Source: Spirochaetia bacterium (lineage in GTDB: Bacteria; Spirochaetota; Spirochaetia; SZUA-6; Bin103). From it: a stretch of 64,000 bases of DNA. Shown in pieces: positions 49,897 to 59,329 of this stretch (its first letter is position 1; each line of letters begins with the position of its first letter). A program made the position numbers and the translations under genes. The stretch covers positions 832,001-896,000 of the forward strand of contig CBDBOV010000005.1 in NCBI GenBank assembly GCA_965208575.1, given 5' to 3'. The notes below the pieces were generated by a model. That model ran no database searches and was not told the origin of the DNA. It saw nothing but the letters and a program-made list of their open reading frames with translations.

Positions 49897-50078
49897 CGGC
49901 GCGTGCAGACGCTGCCCAACTTCGGGCCGCACATGGTCCACACCCTGTTCATTCGAGGATCGAGCCATAGCTGCGGCCTCCGCCCCCGCGCGGGGCAGGC
50001 CGCGTGCCGCGACTCGAGCCCGATGTACGCCGCTTCGGCGCCGGCACGCCCGGCTCGTTTGGCAATGCCACGAGGGTC

Positions 50079-51065
50079 GTGAGTTTCGACCTGCTCACCC
50101 CCTACGTGACCGCGCAGGCGGTCGAATCGGTCATCGCCACGCCGGTGGACGGCGCGCTGACCGGCTATCCCAGCTACGTCAACCGCGTGTACGGATTCGG
50201 CGCCGAGGATGGCCGCCAGTACGTGGCGAAGTTCTACCGGCCCGAGCGCTGGTCGTGGCGGGCGATCGAGGAGGAGCACCGCCTGGTGGCCGCCTGCGCG
50301 GCCGAGGAGCTGCCGGTGGTGGCGCCGCTGGCGGATGACGACGGCGAGACCCTGCACACGGTGACCGCGGCGGACGGTGAGGCCGAGCAGGAGTTCCTGT
50401 TTGCCGTCTACCCCAAGCGCGGCGGGCGCAACTTCGACGCCGACCGCGACCAGGACTGGCTGCGGATCGGCGCGCTGGTGGGGCGGCTGCACGCCGTCAT
50501 GGCAGGGAGCGCGGCCCGCCACCGGCTGACCTGCACGCCGCGGGCCGCAACCGCGCGCTTCATCGAAGAGCTGTCGCGCGCGCATGTCGTGGCGCCCGAT
50601 GCCGCCGACGAGTTCTTTGAGGTGGCGGGCCGCGCCGTCGACCGGATCGCGCCGTTGTTCGAGGGCGCGGCTCTGCAGCCGGTGCACGGCGACTGCCACC
50701 GCGGCAACATCCTGGACCGTGCCGCCGGCGGCCTGCTGCTGATCGACTTCGACGACCTGATGGTGGCCCCGGCGGTGCAGGACCTGTGGCTGCTGCTGCC
50801 GGGGAGGGTGGCGGACAGCCGGCGCGAGCTGGAACTGCTGCTGGAAGGCTACGAGCAGTTCCGTCCGTTCGACCGCCGCAGTGTGCGTCTGATCGAGCCT
50901 CTGCGCGTGATGCGGATGATCTACTACCTGGCCTGGTCCGCCCTGCAGCGCCGCGACCCGGGCTTCCGGCAGGCGTTTCCACGGTGGGGCGGAGCGGCGT
51001 TCTGGGCCCAGGAAGTCGAGGACCTGCGCACCCAACTGTCCGTCATCGAATCCGAACTCGCCTGA
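50079..51065 (+). CDS. SrkA/RdoA-like Ser/Thr protein kinase
   Basis: SYVNRVY, AKFYRPERWS, HGDCHRGNIL, IDFDD, PAVQDLW, DPGF..AFP. Confidence 0.88.
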   Translation: MSFDLLTPYVTAQAVESVIATPVDGALTGYPSYVNRVYGFGAEDGRQYVAKFYRPERWSWRAIEEEHRLVAACAAEELPVVAPLADDDGETLHTVTAADGEAEQEFLFAVYPKRGGRNFDADRDQDWLRIGALVGRLHAVMAGSAARHRLTCTPRAATARFIEELSRAHVVAPDAADEFFEVAGRAVDRIAPLFEGAALQPVHGDCHRGNILDRAAGGLLLIDFDDLMVAPAVQDLWLLLPGRVADSRRELELLLEGYEQFRPFDRRSVRLIEPLRVMRMIYYLAWSALQRRDPGFRQAFPRWGGAAFWAQEVEDLRTQLSVIESELA

Positions 51066-51156
51066 CCCGTCCCCGCGCCGTGCGCTTCTGAGCGGGCCGC
51101 TTGTCTGGCATGATGGCGGAGCCGGACACCGGTTGGACCGGATGGAGGATGAGCCG

Positions 51157-51589
51157 ATGCGAGGAGTGGTGCCGCTGGGCGGGGAACGGGTCGAGGTGTG
51201 CGAGCTGCCGGACCCGCGGCCGGGGCCGGGCGAAGCGGTGGTGGCGCTGCGCAACGCCGGCATTTGCGGCAGTGACCTGCACACGGCGCACAACAGTTGG
51301 GAGGAGATCGGCGAGCGGCAGAACCTGGTGATCGGCCACGAGGCGAGTGGCGTGGTTGCGTGGTGGGGGAGGGCGTGTCCCCGGCGCTGGTCGGCACGCG
51401 GGTGTCGGTGTATCACTACCGCGGCCGATCGGCCCCGGCATCCACGTCTACTACTTCGGCATCATGTCGATGCGCTGGGAGAACATCATGGCCGCCGCCG
51501 TGATCGTCACGCTGCCGGTGATCCTGCTGTACATGCTGCTGCAGCGCTACGTGGTCAGCGGCCTCACCGGCGGCGCGGTGCGCGGATAG
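51157..51589 (+). pseudogene. Chimeric relic: Zn-dependent dehydrogenase N-terminus fused to a carbohydrate ABC permease C-terminus
   Basis: [16 protein letters not shown], frameshift, RVSVYHYRG; then [37 protein letters not shown]. Confidence 0.8.
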
Positions 51590-51616
51590 CGAGACTAGCA
51601 GTTAGGGCGCCGCTCT

Positions 51617-52021
51617 CTACAGGATCTTGATGTTGACGAGATGGTGCAGGCCGGCGTCGGATGGGTTGCGCGTGTACAACGGAAGGGCATTTGCGAGGGC
51701 GGTAGCGGCGATCAACAGATCGGCGGTGCGGCGACGTCCCGAACGACCGCTCGCCCGTAGTGCCGCGTATATGCGCCCGTACGCACGCGCGGATCTTGCG
51801 TCGAACGGCAGCGGATCCCAGTGCGTGGCGGCCCAGTGCAGGCGGTCTTGGCGCCGGGCGCGCTCCGCTTCGTCGCTCGTGGCGTGGGGACCAGCAGCCA
51901 GTTCCGCGAGAGTGACGGCGGAGATCGCGGTTTCGTCGGGCAGACGCACACCATCGATCACGTCATGATCGATCACGACGGACGTATCCAACAGGCCGCG
52001 CGCGACGGTCGACTCAGTCAT
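51617..52021 (-). CDS. VapC/PIN-domain toxin
   Basis: LLDTSVVI, ISAVTLAEL, DLLIAATA, LYTRN..D. Confidence 0.9.
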   Translation of the reverse strand: MTESTVARGLLDTSVVIDHDVIDGVRLPDETAISAVTLAELAAGPHATSDEAERARRQDRLHWAATHWDPLPFDARSARAYGRIYAALRASGRSGRRRTADLLIAATALANALPLYTRNPSDAGLHHLVNIKIL

Positions 52022-52271
52022 CGCCGTCCGTATCGATGTACGCATCGACGGAAGCATCGAGGTCGGCCCGGAAGCGCGCGGCGTCGATGCGCGGCGCGCC
52101 GCGCGCAGCCTCGACAATGACTGCGCGGGGTACGAATCTGCGCTGCGCCACGGGCCTCAATTCGGCGACTGGCGAGCCGTTCCTGGTAATGATCAGGCTC
52201 TGACCGGCCTGCACGTCGCGCAGGACGGCGGCGGACTCGTTGCGGAGCTGGCGCTGCGTGATGCTACGCAT
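52014..52271 (-). CDS. Phd/YefM family antitoxin
   Basis: ITQRQLRN, ITRNGSPVAELRP; upstream GCTACA repeats may be the operator. Confidence 0.88.
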   Translation of the reverse strand: MRSITQRQLRNESAAVLRDVQAGQSLIITRNGSPVAELRPVAQRRFVPRAVIVEAARGAPRIDAARFRADLDASVDAYIDTDGDD

Positions 52272-52408
52272 GAGCTAAGGTAGCAATTGTAGCGCAATGT
52301 AGCAACCATGCCGGCTCGACAAGATCGGTTCAGCGGCGGGCGTCTGGGCGCGTGACCCTGCTGACGACGCCGGCCCCGCTTGGACGGCTCCGGCCGGCGC
52401 GTCCGCCC

Positions 52409-53614
52409 TCAGCCGTCCGCCACCTCGAACGCCGTCACGTTGCGCGTCTCGCGGCTGAACTCCACCCCGATCAGGTGAATCGGCTCGCCCCGGCCCCGGT
52501 ACTTGTCCGCGTACCCGCGTTCCCGCAACTGCGCCAGCGCCGACCCCGGCGGCGCCATCTCCACGACCTTGAACTCGAACAGGTACACGTGGCCGCCGGT
52601 GCGCACCGCCATGTCCAGCCGCCCGTGGCTGCTCGACTCCTCCACCACGATCTCGTACCCCAGCGCCGCGAAGTAGGAGTAGACCACGCTCGCGTAGAAG
52701 CCCTCGTACTCCGCGATGGCGTTATTTGTGTACCACTGGTACGGAATGCTCGCGAAGAAGGCGTGGAACAGACCCTTCAGCGCCGCGCAGTCGTGCGCCT
52801 CCAACAGCCGCGCGAGACGCATGCTGTTGGCCGTCTGCCGCTCCGCGTCCTGCACCAGATGGCGCAGCAGATGCTCGTTCAGGCGCTGGCGTACCTCTCG
52901 GTTCGGATAGCCCAGCCGGTACAGCGCCTTGCCGCCCAACTCTTCCTCCGCCGCGATGGTCAGGTAGCCGGTCTGGAACAGCAGCGCTCCGGTGCCGATA
53001 TTGCCCACGTCGAACGCCGACAGCAGCTACTCCGTGCCCATCACCTGGTCCAGGGACACCGACGCGATCCGGCGTTCGAACAGCGTGTCCACCAGAAACG
53101 CCGGCGTCCCGGTTTCGAACCAGTGCGCCTTGAACTCGCGGCTGTCGAACAGCAACAGCACGTCGTACGGGTTGTACACCTTCTCCGCGCCGCGCCACCG
53201 GTAGCCGTTATACCACTCGCGAATCTGCCCGCGATCCAGCCCGGCAAGCTCCGGCGCAAACACGGTGTCCAGGTCGTCCTCCGTGTACCCGCAGATCCCT
53301 GAATAGCGCCGATCCAGCGTAATGTCCTTGAGGTTGTTCAAGTCGGAAAACAGACTCACCTTGGAGAACTTGCTTACCCCCGTCACGAACGTGAACCTCA
53401 CGTGCGCGTCACGCGCCTTGATCACCCCGTACAGGCCGCGCAGGTAGTCGCGGTTGGCCCGCGCAATCTCCGGCGTCTCCAGCGCATCCAGGATCGGCTT
53501 GTCGTACTCGTCCAGCAGCCGCGCGATGTAGGGCGTCTTGTCCACGTAGTAACAGTCCTCCTCGCGCACCTCGCGGAAGGTCTGCATGCCGATGGGCAGT
53601 CTGCGCCGGGTCAC
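52409..53614 (-). pseudogene. AAA-ATPase-like + PD-(D/E)XK nuclease gene with Walker A deletion and in-frame amber stop
   Basis: LPIGMQTF, YYVDKT, then directly DEYDKP (RPRRFGKS region absent); TAG at 53027-29 in frame; C-terminal GRLD...FEFK...LAQL..RGYA.KY. Confidence 0.88.
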
Positions 53615-53995
53615 GCCCCATCTTACCGCGTCGCCCGACGGATTCAAGCGTGTTGACATGATTTCCGTTTTGTGCGGTGATGGAGAAGAGAGCACGGTGA
53701 ACATTATGTTTCCACCCGTCCACCCGTCCAATCACGATAGCTCTAGCGTAGAACCCAGAAACACCGACCGACCCCACGTTGTGCGCCTCGTCCGGCCCAT
53801 ACCCGGGATCGGCGCACCTGCTTTCCGACCTGCGTCAATCCACTCATCAACTCCTGTCGCCGGTGTCCGCCGCCGGCCTTTCCCGTCAATCACATTCGCT
53901 GCGTTGACGACCACCGCCGCACGCGGCGTTCCGGGATCGGGTGCGCGCACGCGTTCAAGGAGGTGCCGTTTGTAGGATGCGGAACTGATCCGGAG

Positions 53996-54082
53996 CAGTC
54001 GCCTCGCTTTCTGGTCACCTGCGACTGCAGGTACACCTCGAGAGTAGGCGAGGGGCCCGGCTGTGAACTCGGTACTCTCGAA
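53996..54082 (+). ncRNA. Candidate structured 5' leader motif, copy C
   Basis: CAGTCG-CCTCGCTT pairs with AGGCGAGG-GGCC-CGGCTG; TCGAGAGTA (54038-46) pairs with TACTCTCGA (54073-81); TAGGAT -10 box at 53973. Confidence 0.45.
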
Positions 54083-54099
54083 TACCAGGAGTCAAACAA

Positions 54100-55911
54100 A
54101 TGCATGACGTAATGCGAACATGTCTGGCCGTGCTTTGTGGTCTCGCACTGACTGCAACCGGCCTCGGGGCAAGCCCGGCCGCGGAAGAGGCGCCGGCCGC
54201 GGCGATGGAGAAGGAGATGGTGCTCGACCCCACCACCGGCAAGATGGTGTCGGCGCCGGAGTATGGCGGGACACTCACCTGGGGCGATGCGAACGGGGCT
54301 CCGCACTGTGACCCCCACATCCATGGCTGGGGGCCACGGGCCATCGACGGCGTTGCAGAGAGGCTAGGCATCAGGGACTGGGCAGCAGATAGGAACGAAA
54401 TCAGTTTTACAGACTCCTATACTCCTCTCCGTTTCATCAGAGGGGCGCTGGCGGAAAGCTGGGAGATGGCCGACCCACTGACGTATGTCTACCACATCCG
54501 CGGGGGCGTTCGCTGGCACGACAAGGCGCCGATGAATGGTCGGGAGTTCACTGCCCAGGATGTCGTATACAACCTTCACCGTTATACGGGTTCGGGGAGC
54601 GGCTTCACCGAACCCGGGGCGGCTGGCGCACTCGCTGCGATACCGTTCGAATCGATAACGGCCAGCGACGATTCGACGGTAGTCTTCAAGCTGACGGAGC
54701 CAAAGGTAGACTTGCGGGAAGTTCTCGCCATCAACTGGCATGCCGCTATGTTACCCCCAGAGGTAATCGAGCAGCACGGCGACCTCACGGACTGCGATAA
54801 CATGGTTGGTACCGGGCCCTATATGCTGACTGAATGGGTCGAGAACAGCTCCATGACCTATTCCAAGATTCCTGACTACTGGGGCTTTGACGAAAAATAC
54901 CCGGAGAACCGCTTGCCCTACATCGACCAGATAAACCGGCTGATCATGCCGGAAAAGGAAACACAGCTGGCGGCGCTACGCTCGGGTAGGCTCGATTACA
55001 TCGGTCAGTCTGGCGGGGGTCAGTTGCAGCCGGCCCAGGTAGAGACCCTGCAGCGTACCAACCCCGAAATCGTGGTATATCCGTGGGCTTTTCGGTCGGA
55101 GACCTCTGTTGCATTCAACCTGCGCCAGCCGTCTCCCTTTCAAGACATCAGGGTGCGCAAGGCGATGCAGATGGCCATTGACCTCGAGACCATCAACAAT
55201 ACGTACTTTCGTGGCTTTGCTATGACGAAACCCCAAGGGATCATAGGAGACGGTCTGAAGGGGTTCTACATCCCATTCGAAGAGTGGCCCGAAGAGACCA
55301 GGAAAGTCTTTGCCTATGACCCGGAAGGGGCCGAAGCGTTGCTCGACGAGGCTGGGTATCCGCGCGGTGCGGATGGCATTCGATTCAAGACCGTCGTCAA
55401 CCCCGTGCCCTCATGGGATGTGGGCTATCAAGAAATAGCCGCTGAATACTGGGGTGCGATTGGCGTTGATGTAGAGGTCAGGATAACAACCGAGATCCCT
55501 CGACTGATGGCGCTGGTAACCGAAGGTACTTATGAAGGAATGGCCTATATGGATATCGGCAACGACGGCTCGATTCAATGGCTAATGAGCGTGCTTGAAA
55601 TCGGAGCGCAATGGGGCCGTACCGGACACCAGGACCCCGTGATGGACGCCATGGCGAAAGCCGCGATGGCCGCTATCACGCTCGAGGAGCAGCAACGGCT
55701 GGTGGCGGAGGCAGATATGTACTCGATCCAGCAGCATTGGTTCATATGGGGTCCTAAAGTTCCCCAGTTTGAGGCGGCGCAGCCGTGGGTGATAGGTTTT
55801 AACGGTGAAATCTGGTATACCACACATGCGCCTTTCGAGCGCCTGTGGATCGATAGTGCGCTGAAGAGTGACGTGGACCCGATAGGTTGGACAGTGGATG
55901 GGATATTGTAG
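54100..55911 (+). CDS. ABC transporter family-5 SBP whose last codons are displaced by IS3
   Basis: KEMVLDPTTG..APEYGGT etc.; native end LKSEMGF-stop resumes at 57308-57326. Confidence 0.92.
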   Translation: MHDVMRTCLAVLCGLALTATGLGASPAAEEAPAAAMEKEMVLDPTTGKMVSAPEYGGTLTWGDANGAPHCDPHIHGWGPRAIDGVAERLGIRDWAADRNEISFTDSYTPLRFIRGALAESWEMADPLTYVYHIRGGVRWHDKAPMNGREFTAQDVVYNLHRYTGSGSGFTEPGAAGALAAIPFESITASDDSTVVFKLTEPKVDLREVLAINWHAAMLPPEVIEQHGDLTDCDNMVGTGPYMLTEWVENSSMTYSKIPDYWGFDEKYPENRLPYIDQINRLIMPEKETQLAALRSGRLDYIGQSGGGQLQPAQVETLQRTNPEIVVYPWAFRSETSVAFNLRQPSPFQDIRVRKAMQMAIDLETINNTYFRGFAMTKPQGIIGDGLKGFYIPFEEWPEETRKVFAYDPEGAEALLDEAGYPRGADGIRFKTVVNPVPSWDVGYQEIAAEYWGAIGVDVEVRITTEIPRLMALVTEGTYEGMAYMDIGNDGSIQWLMSVLEIGAQWGRTGHQDPVMDAMAKAAMAAITLEEQQRLVAEADMYSIQQHWFIWGPKVPQFEAAQPWVIGFNGEIWYTTHAPFERLWIDSALKSDVDPIGWTVDGIL

Positions 55912-56098
55912 AGTGCATCTCGTTCGTTGTCAACCCACCCTCCTGGTCGAGATGATCAGGCGGCGGTAATGGGGGTGGGGTCCGGGGAGGGGGTGAGCGA
56001 GCCTGTGGATATGTGGATACTTCGTCCCCACTGCTCGCGCTCCCGTTGGTCCTCGGATGCCCTTGCACCCCATGCCAACCGCCTGCCGTTCCTGTTCG

Positions 56099-56935
56099 CT
56101 ACGCCACCTCCTGCTGTTGTTCCGCCACCCCGTCGCGGTACGCTTCCGCGGGCGTACGCCCGCCGAGCGCCGAGTGTGGTCGGGTCTCGTTGTAGAATGC
56201 CATCCACCCGTCGATCACCCGCTGCGCCTCGAAGCCATCCTCCAAATCGTGCAGGTATACCGACTCGTACTTCAGCGAGCGCCACAACCGTTCGATGAAT
56301 ACGTTATCCAGACAACGACCGCGCCCGTCCATCGAGCACCGTATCCCGGTCGCCTCCAACTGGCCGGTGAACGCGATGCTGGTGAACTGGCTGCCCTGAT
56401 CGGTGTTGAAGATCTCGGGAATGCCGAAGTCTTCCAGAGCGTCCGCCAACGCCTCCAGGCAGAAGGAGGTGTCCATCGTGTTGGACAGCCGCCAGGCCAA
56501 CACCCGCCGGCTCGCCCAGTCCATGATCGCCACCAGGTACAGAAATCCTCCCTGCACCGGGATGTAGGTCAAGTCCGCGCACCACACCTGGTTCGGGCGC
56601 TCAATCGTAAGCCCTCGCAGCAGATACGGATACACCCGATGGTCCGGGTGCGCGACGCTGGTGCGTGGCTTGCGGTAGATCGCCTCCAGCCCCAACAGCC
56701 GCATCAGCCGCCGCACCCGGTGCCGACCGACCCGCTTTCCCTCGCGTGCCAGATGGCGCATCATCTGCCGGCTGCCGTAGAACGGACATTCCAGATAAAG
56801 TTCGTCGATGCGGCGCATCAACGCGAGCGTGTCAGCGCTCTCGCCCACCGCTCGGTAGTACAGCGTCGACCGGTTCAGCCCGATCAGGCGGCACTGCCGG
56901 CTGATGCTCAGACGGTCGTGCTCGCGGTCGATCAT
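56099..56935 (-). CDS. IS3 transposase OrfB
   Basis: YGSRQM, PNQVWCADLTY, FNTDQGSQF, DNVFIERLWRSLKYE, YNETRPHS. Confidence 0.95.
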   Translation of the reverse strand: MIDREHDRLSISRQCRLIGLNRSTLYYRAVGESADTLALMRRIDELYLECPFYGSRQMMRHLAREGKRVGRHRVRRLMRLLGLEAIYRKPRTSVAHPDHRVYPYLLRGLTIERPNQVWCADLTYIPVQGGFLYLVAIMDWASRRVLAWRLSNTMDTSFCLEALADALEDFGIPEIFNTDQGSQFTSIAFTGQLEATGIRCSMDGRGRCLDNVFIERLWRSLKYESVYLHDLEDGFEAQRVIDGWMAFYNETRPHSALGGRTPAEAYRDGVAEQQQEVA

Positions 56936-56955
56936 CTCTCGTCGCTCGGCCCGGC

Positions 56956-57240
56956 TCAGCGCCCGAGCCCGCGTGCTAAAAAATCGCGCTCCACGGTCAA
57001 CTCCCCGATCTTGGCATGCAGGTCGTGAATGGTCTCATCGTGCTCCTTCTGCCGCCGGCTCCGGCCGTCGGCGAACAGGTCCCGCAGACCGGTCTGAGCC
57101 TGCCGCTTCCAACTGCTGATCTGGTTCGGATGTATTTCGTGCTTGGCCGCGATCGCCTGGATCGTACGGTCTCCCCGCAGCGCCTCCATCACTACCTTCG
57201 CCTTGAACTCCGCTGTGAACCGACGCCTCTTCGTCGCCAT
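56956..57240 (-). CDS. IS3 transposase OrfA
   Basis: RRFTAEFKAKVV, HPNQI..WK, KIGELTVERDFL; T-run near the end is a plausible -1 frameshift site. Confidence 0.93.
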   Translation of the reverse strand: MATKRRRFTAEFKAKVVMEALRGDRTIQAIAAKHEIHPNQISSWKRQAQTGLRDLFADGRSRRQKEHDETIHDLHAKIGELTVERDFLARGLGR

Positions 57241-57386
57241 CTTGCTGGCCCTCCTCGTGGCCTTGGATACACTCTACCATACCGTCCGTTTTTCCGGGAC
57301 CAGCTCAGAGCGAAATGGGATTCTGAATCAGTCGCCCCTTGGGCGGTTGAAATGGCGGCAGCGCTGCGCGCGGCTGCTCTGAGCTA

Positions 57387-57418
57387 GGGCGCCGGGAGCC
57401 TCGCGCTTCCCGGCGCCC
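57387..57418 (+). other. Intercistronic stem-loop
   Basis: GGGCGCCGGGAG...CTTCCCGGCGCCC. Confidence 0.65.
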
Positions 57419-57433
57419 ATGTACCACCAAGAT

Positions 57434-58387
57434 ATGAGAGCCTATGTCATCAGGCGCGTATTGCTGGTCATCCCCACCCTGTTCATATTGACCATCGTCG
57501 TCTTTCTCTCGGTCCGCTTCCTCCCGGGCGATGTCATAGACGCCATGGCGGGCGACTTGCAGCACTACATCGGCTTCGACCGTGCTGCTCTCGAGCGTAG
57601 GCTGGGATTGGATGTGCCGGTGCCCGTGCAGTATGGCCGCTGGATAGGGGGTGTTTTCCTGCGCGGCACCCTCGGCGAATCGCTGTGGAGCGATAGCCCG
57701 GTAGAGGAGTTGCTGAGAGGCGGACTGCCGGTAACCCTGGGGCTTGGCTTCCTGACGATCGTCATCGGGCTCGCGATCGCGCTGCCGGTCGGTATCTTCT
57801 CGGCGATTCGCCAGGGTACCGTCACCGACTACGCCGGGCGCTCGGTCGCCATCATCGGCCTGGCAACGCCCAACTTCTGGATTGCGGTCATGGTCTTGCT
57901 CTATCCGGCAATCTGGTGGGGCTGGTCGCCGCCGTTACAGTGGGTTCCGTTTACCGAAGACCCGCTGGGAAACCTCGGGGTGCTGATCATTCCCAGTCTG
58001 ATTCTGGGGACCTACCTGTCGGCCAGCACCATGCGGATGATCCGCACCACGATGCTGGAGGTGCTGCGGCAGGATTACGTGCGGACGGCCTGGTCGAAAG
58101 GGTTGCGGGAGCGGATCGTCGTGCTGCGCCATGCGGTCAAGAATGCCCTGATCCCGGTGGTTTCGCTGATCGGCCTGCAGTTGCCGATCCTGGTTGGCGG
58201 GTCGGTGATCATCGAGAACATATTCAACCTGCCGGGCGTAGGCCGGCTTATGGTAGATGCGCTGGGACGCAGAGACTACCCGGTGGTCTCGGGCGTGAAC
58301 CTGATGTTCGCCACCGGGGTCATGGCGATCAATCTGGCTACCGACCTGATGTATCCCTATCTGGACCCCCGACTCCGTTATGACTGA
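57434..58387 (+). CDS. DppB-type ABC permease
   Basis: MRAYVIRR, MLEVLRQDYVRTAWSKGL, YLDPRLRY. Confidence 0.93.
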   Translation: MRAYVIRRVLLVIPTLFILTIVVFLSVRFLPGDVIDAMAGDLQHYIGFDRAALERRLGLDVPVPVQYGRWIGGVFLRGTLGESLWSDSPVEELLRGGLPVTLGLGFLTIVIGLAIALPVGIFSAIRQGTVTDYAGRSVAIIGLATPNFWIAVMVLLYPAIWWGWSPPLQWVPFTEDPLGNLGVLIIPSLILGTYLSASTMRMIRTTMLEVLRQDYVRTAWSKGLRERIVVLRHAVKNALIPVVSLIGLQLPILVGGSVIIENIFNLPGVGRLMVDALGRRDYPVVSGVNLMFATGVMAINLATDLMYPYLDPRLRYD

Positions 58388-58393
58388 TCCGCT

Positions 58394-59269
58394 ATGAATG
58401 ATAGGCGACGCAGGTTCTTCGTCCGGCTGTGGCGGGAACGGCCGGTGGGAGCTGTCGGCGGGATTATCGTAGTGATATTGATTCTGGTGAGCATCTTTGC
58501 CGATGTTCTGGCGCCGTATCGCCCACGGGAGATAAACCTGCCGGACATCTTGCAGGGCCCGTCAGCCGCTCATCTCCTGGGCGCCGACCACCTGGGGCGC
58601 GACGTGCTGAGCCGCCTCATTCACGGGGCGCGGATCTCGATGTTCGTCGGGTTCGCCGCGACCACCCTCAACGTTGTCGTGGCCGGGCTGATCGGCGGCA
58701 CGTCGGGCTTCCTGGGCGGCAAGTTGGATCTGGTGGTGCAGCGGTTCGTCGATGCCTGGATGTCGTTCCCGGGACTGCTGCTGCTGTTGACGGTGATGTC
58801 GATAACGGGGCGGGGGATCGTGCAGCTCATCGTGGTGCTGGGCGTCGTAGGCGGCATCCCCGCCTCACGCGTGGTGCGCGGGGCTGTTATCGGGGTCAAG
58901 GAGAATGCCTACTTTCAGGCCGCGGAGGTGATCGGTTCGGCGACGTGGAAGACGCTGGTGCGCCACGTGCTGCCCAATATCGCGGCTCCGATAATCGTCA
59001 TCTTCAGCATCAACATCGGGGCGGTGATCATCACCGAGGCGTCTCTGAGCTTCCTCGGCTTCGGTCTGCCACTCCAGGTTCCCAGTTGGGGCGGCATGCT
59101 GAGCCGGGAGGGGCGCCAGTACATGGAGATGGCGCCGCGGCTGGCGCTGTGGCCCGGCCTCTGCCTGACCATCGTCGTCTACAGCCTGAACATGTTCGGC
59201 GACGCGGTGCGGGACCTGCTCGACCCGCGGCTGCGCGGCGGCGGGGGTCGTCTCGGGGCCGGATCCTGA
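58394..59269 (+). CDS. DppC-type ABC permease
   Basis: LGADHLGRD, EASLSFLGFG, GDAVRDLLDPRLRG. Confidence 0.93.
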   Translation: MNDRRRRFFVRLWRERPVGAVGGIIVVILILVSIFADVLAPYRPREINLPDILQGPSAAHLLGADHLGRDVLSRLIHGARISMFVGFAATTLNVVVAGLIGGTSGFLGGKLDLVVQRFVDAWMSFPGLLLLLTVMSITGRGIVQLIVVLGVVGGIPASRVVRGAVIGVKENAYFQAAEVIGSATWKTLVRHVLPNIAAPIIVIFSINIGAVIITEASLSFLGFGLPLQVPSWGGMLSREGRQYMEMAPRLALWPGLCLTIVVYSLNMFGDAVRDLLDPRLRGGGGRLGAGS

Positions 59270-59329
59270 TGACGAACCTGCAGCACATCGAGAACGAAGG
59301 CAGGCGTATCGAAGGGGAGTACGCGCGCG

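Larger units (their letters stand above)
55869..57307 (-). mobile_element. IS3-family insertion sequence (1439 bp) with 3-bp GAG target duplication
   Basis: TG...CA ends: TGACGTGGACCCGATAGGTTGGAC / TGAGCTGGTCCCGGAAAAACGGAC; GAG at 55866-68 and 57308-10. Confidence 0.92.

Noticed and set aside
53027-53029. In-frame TAG as pyrrolysine or programmed readthrough
   Set aside because: The same gene also lacks its Walker A region, so a plain nonsense mutation in a pseudogene is simpler.
53690-53715. GTGAACATTATGTTTCC as a dif site
   Set aside because: Only a partial XerD-like arm and no XerC arm.
14979-54082. Leader motif as an HDV-like ribozyme or a cobalamin/SAH riboswitch
   Set aside because: No P3/L3 element between P2a and P1b, and the cobalamin and SAH consensus blocks are not matched by eye; an Rfam scan is still needed.
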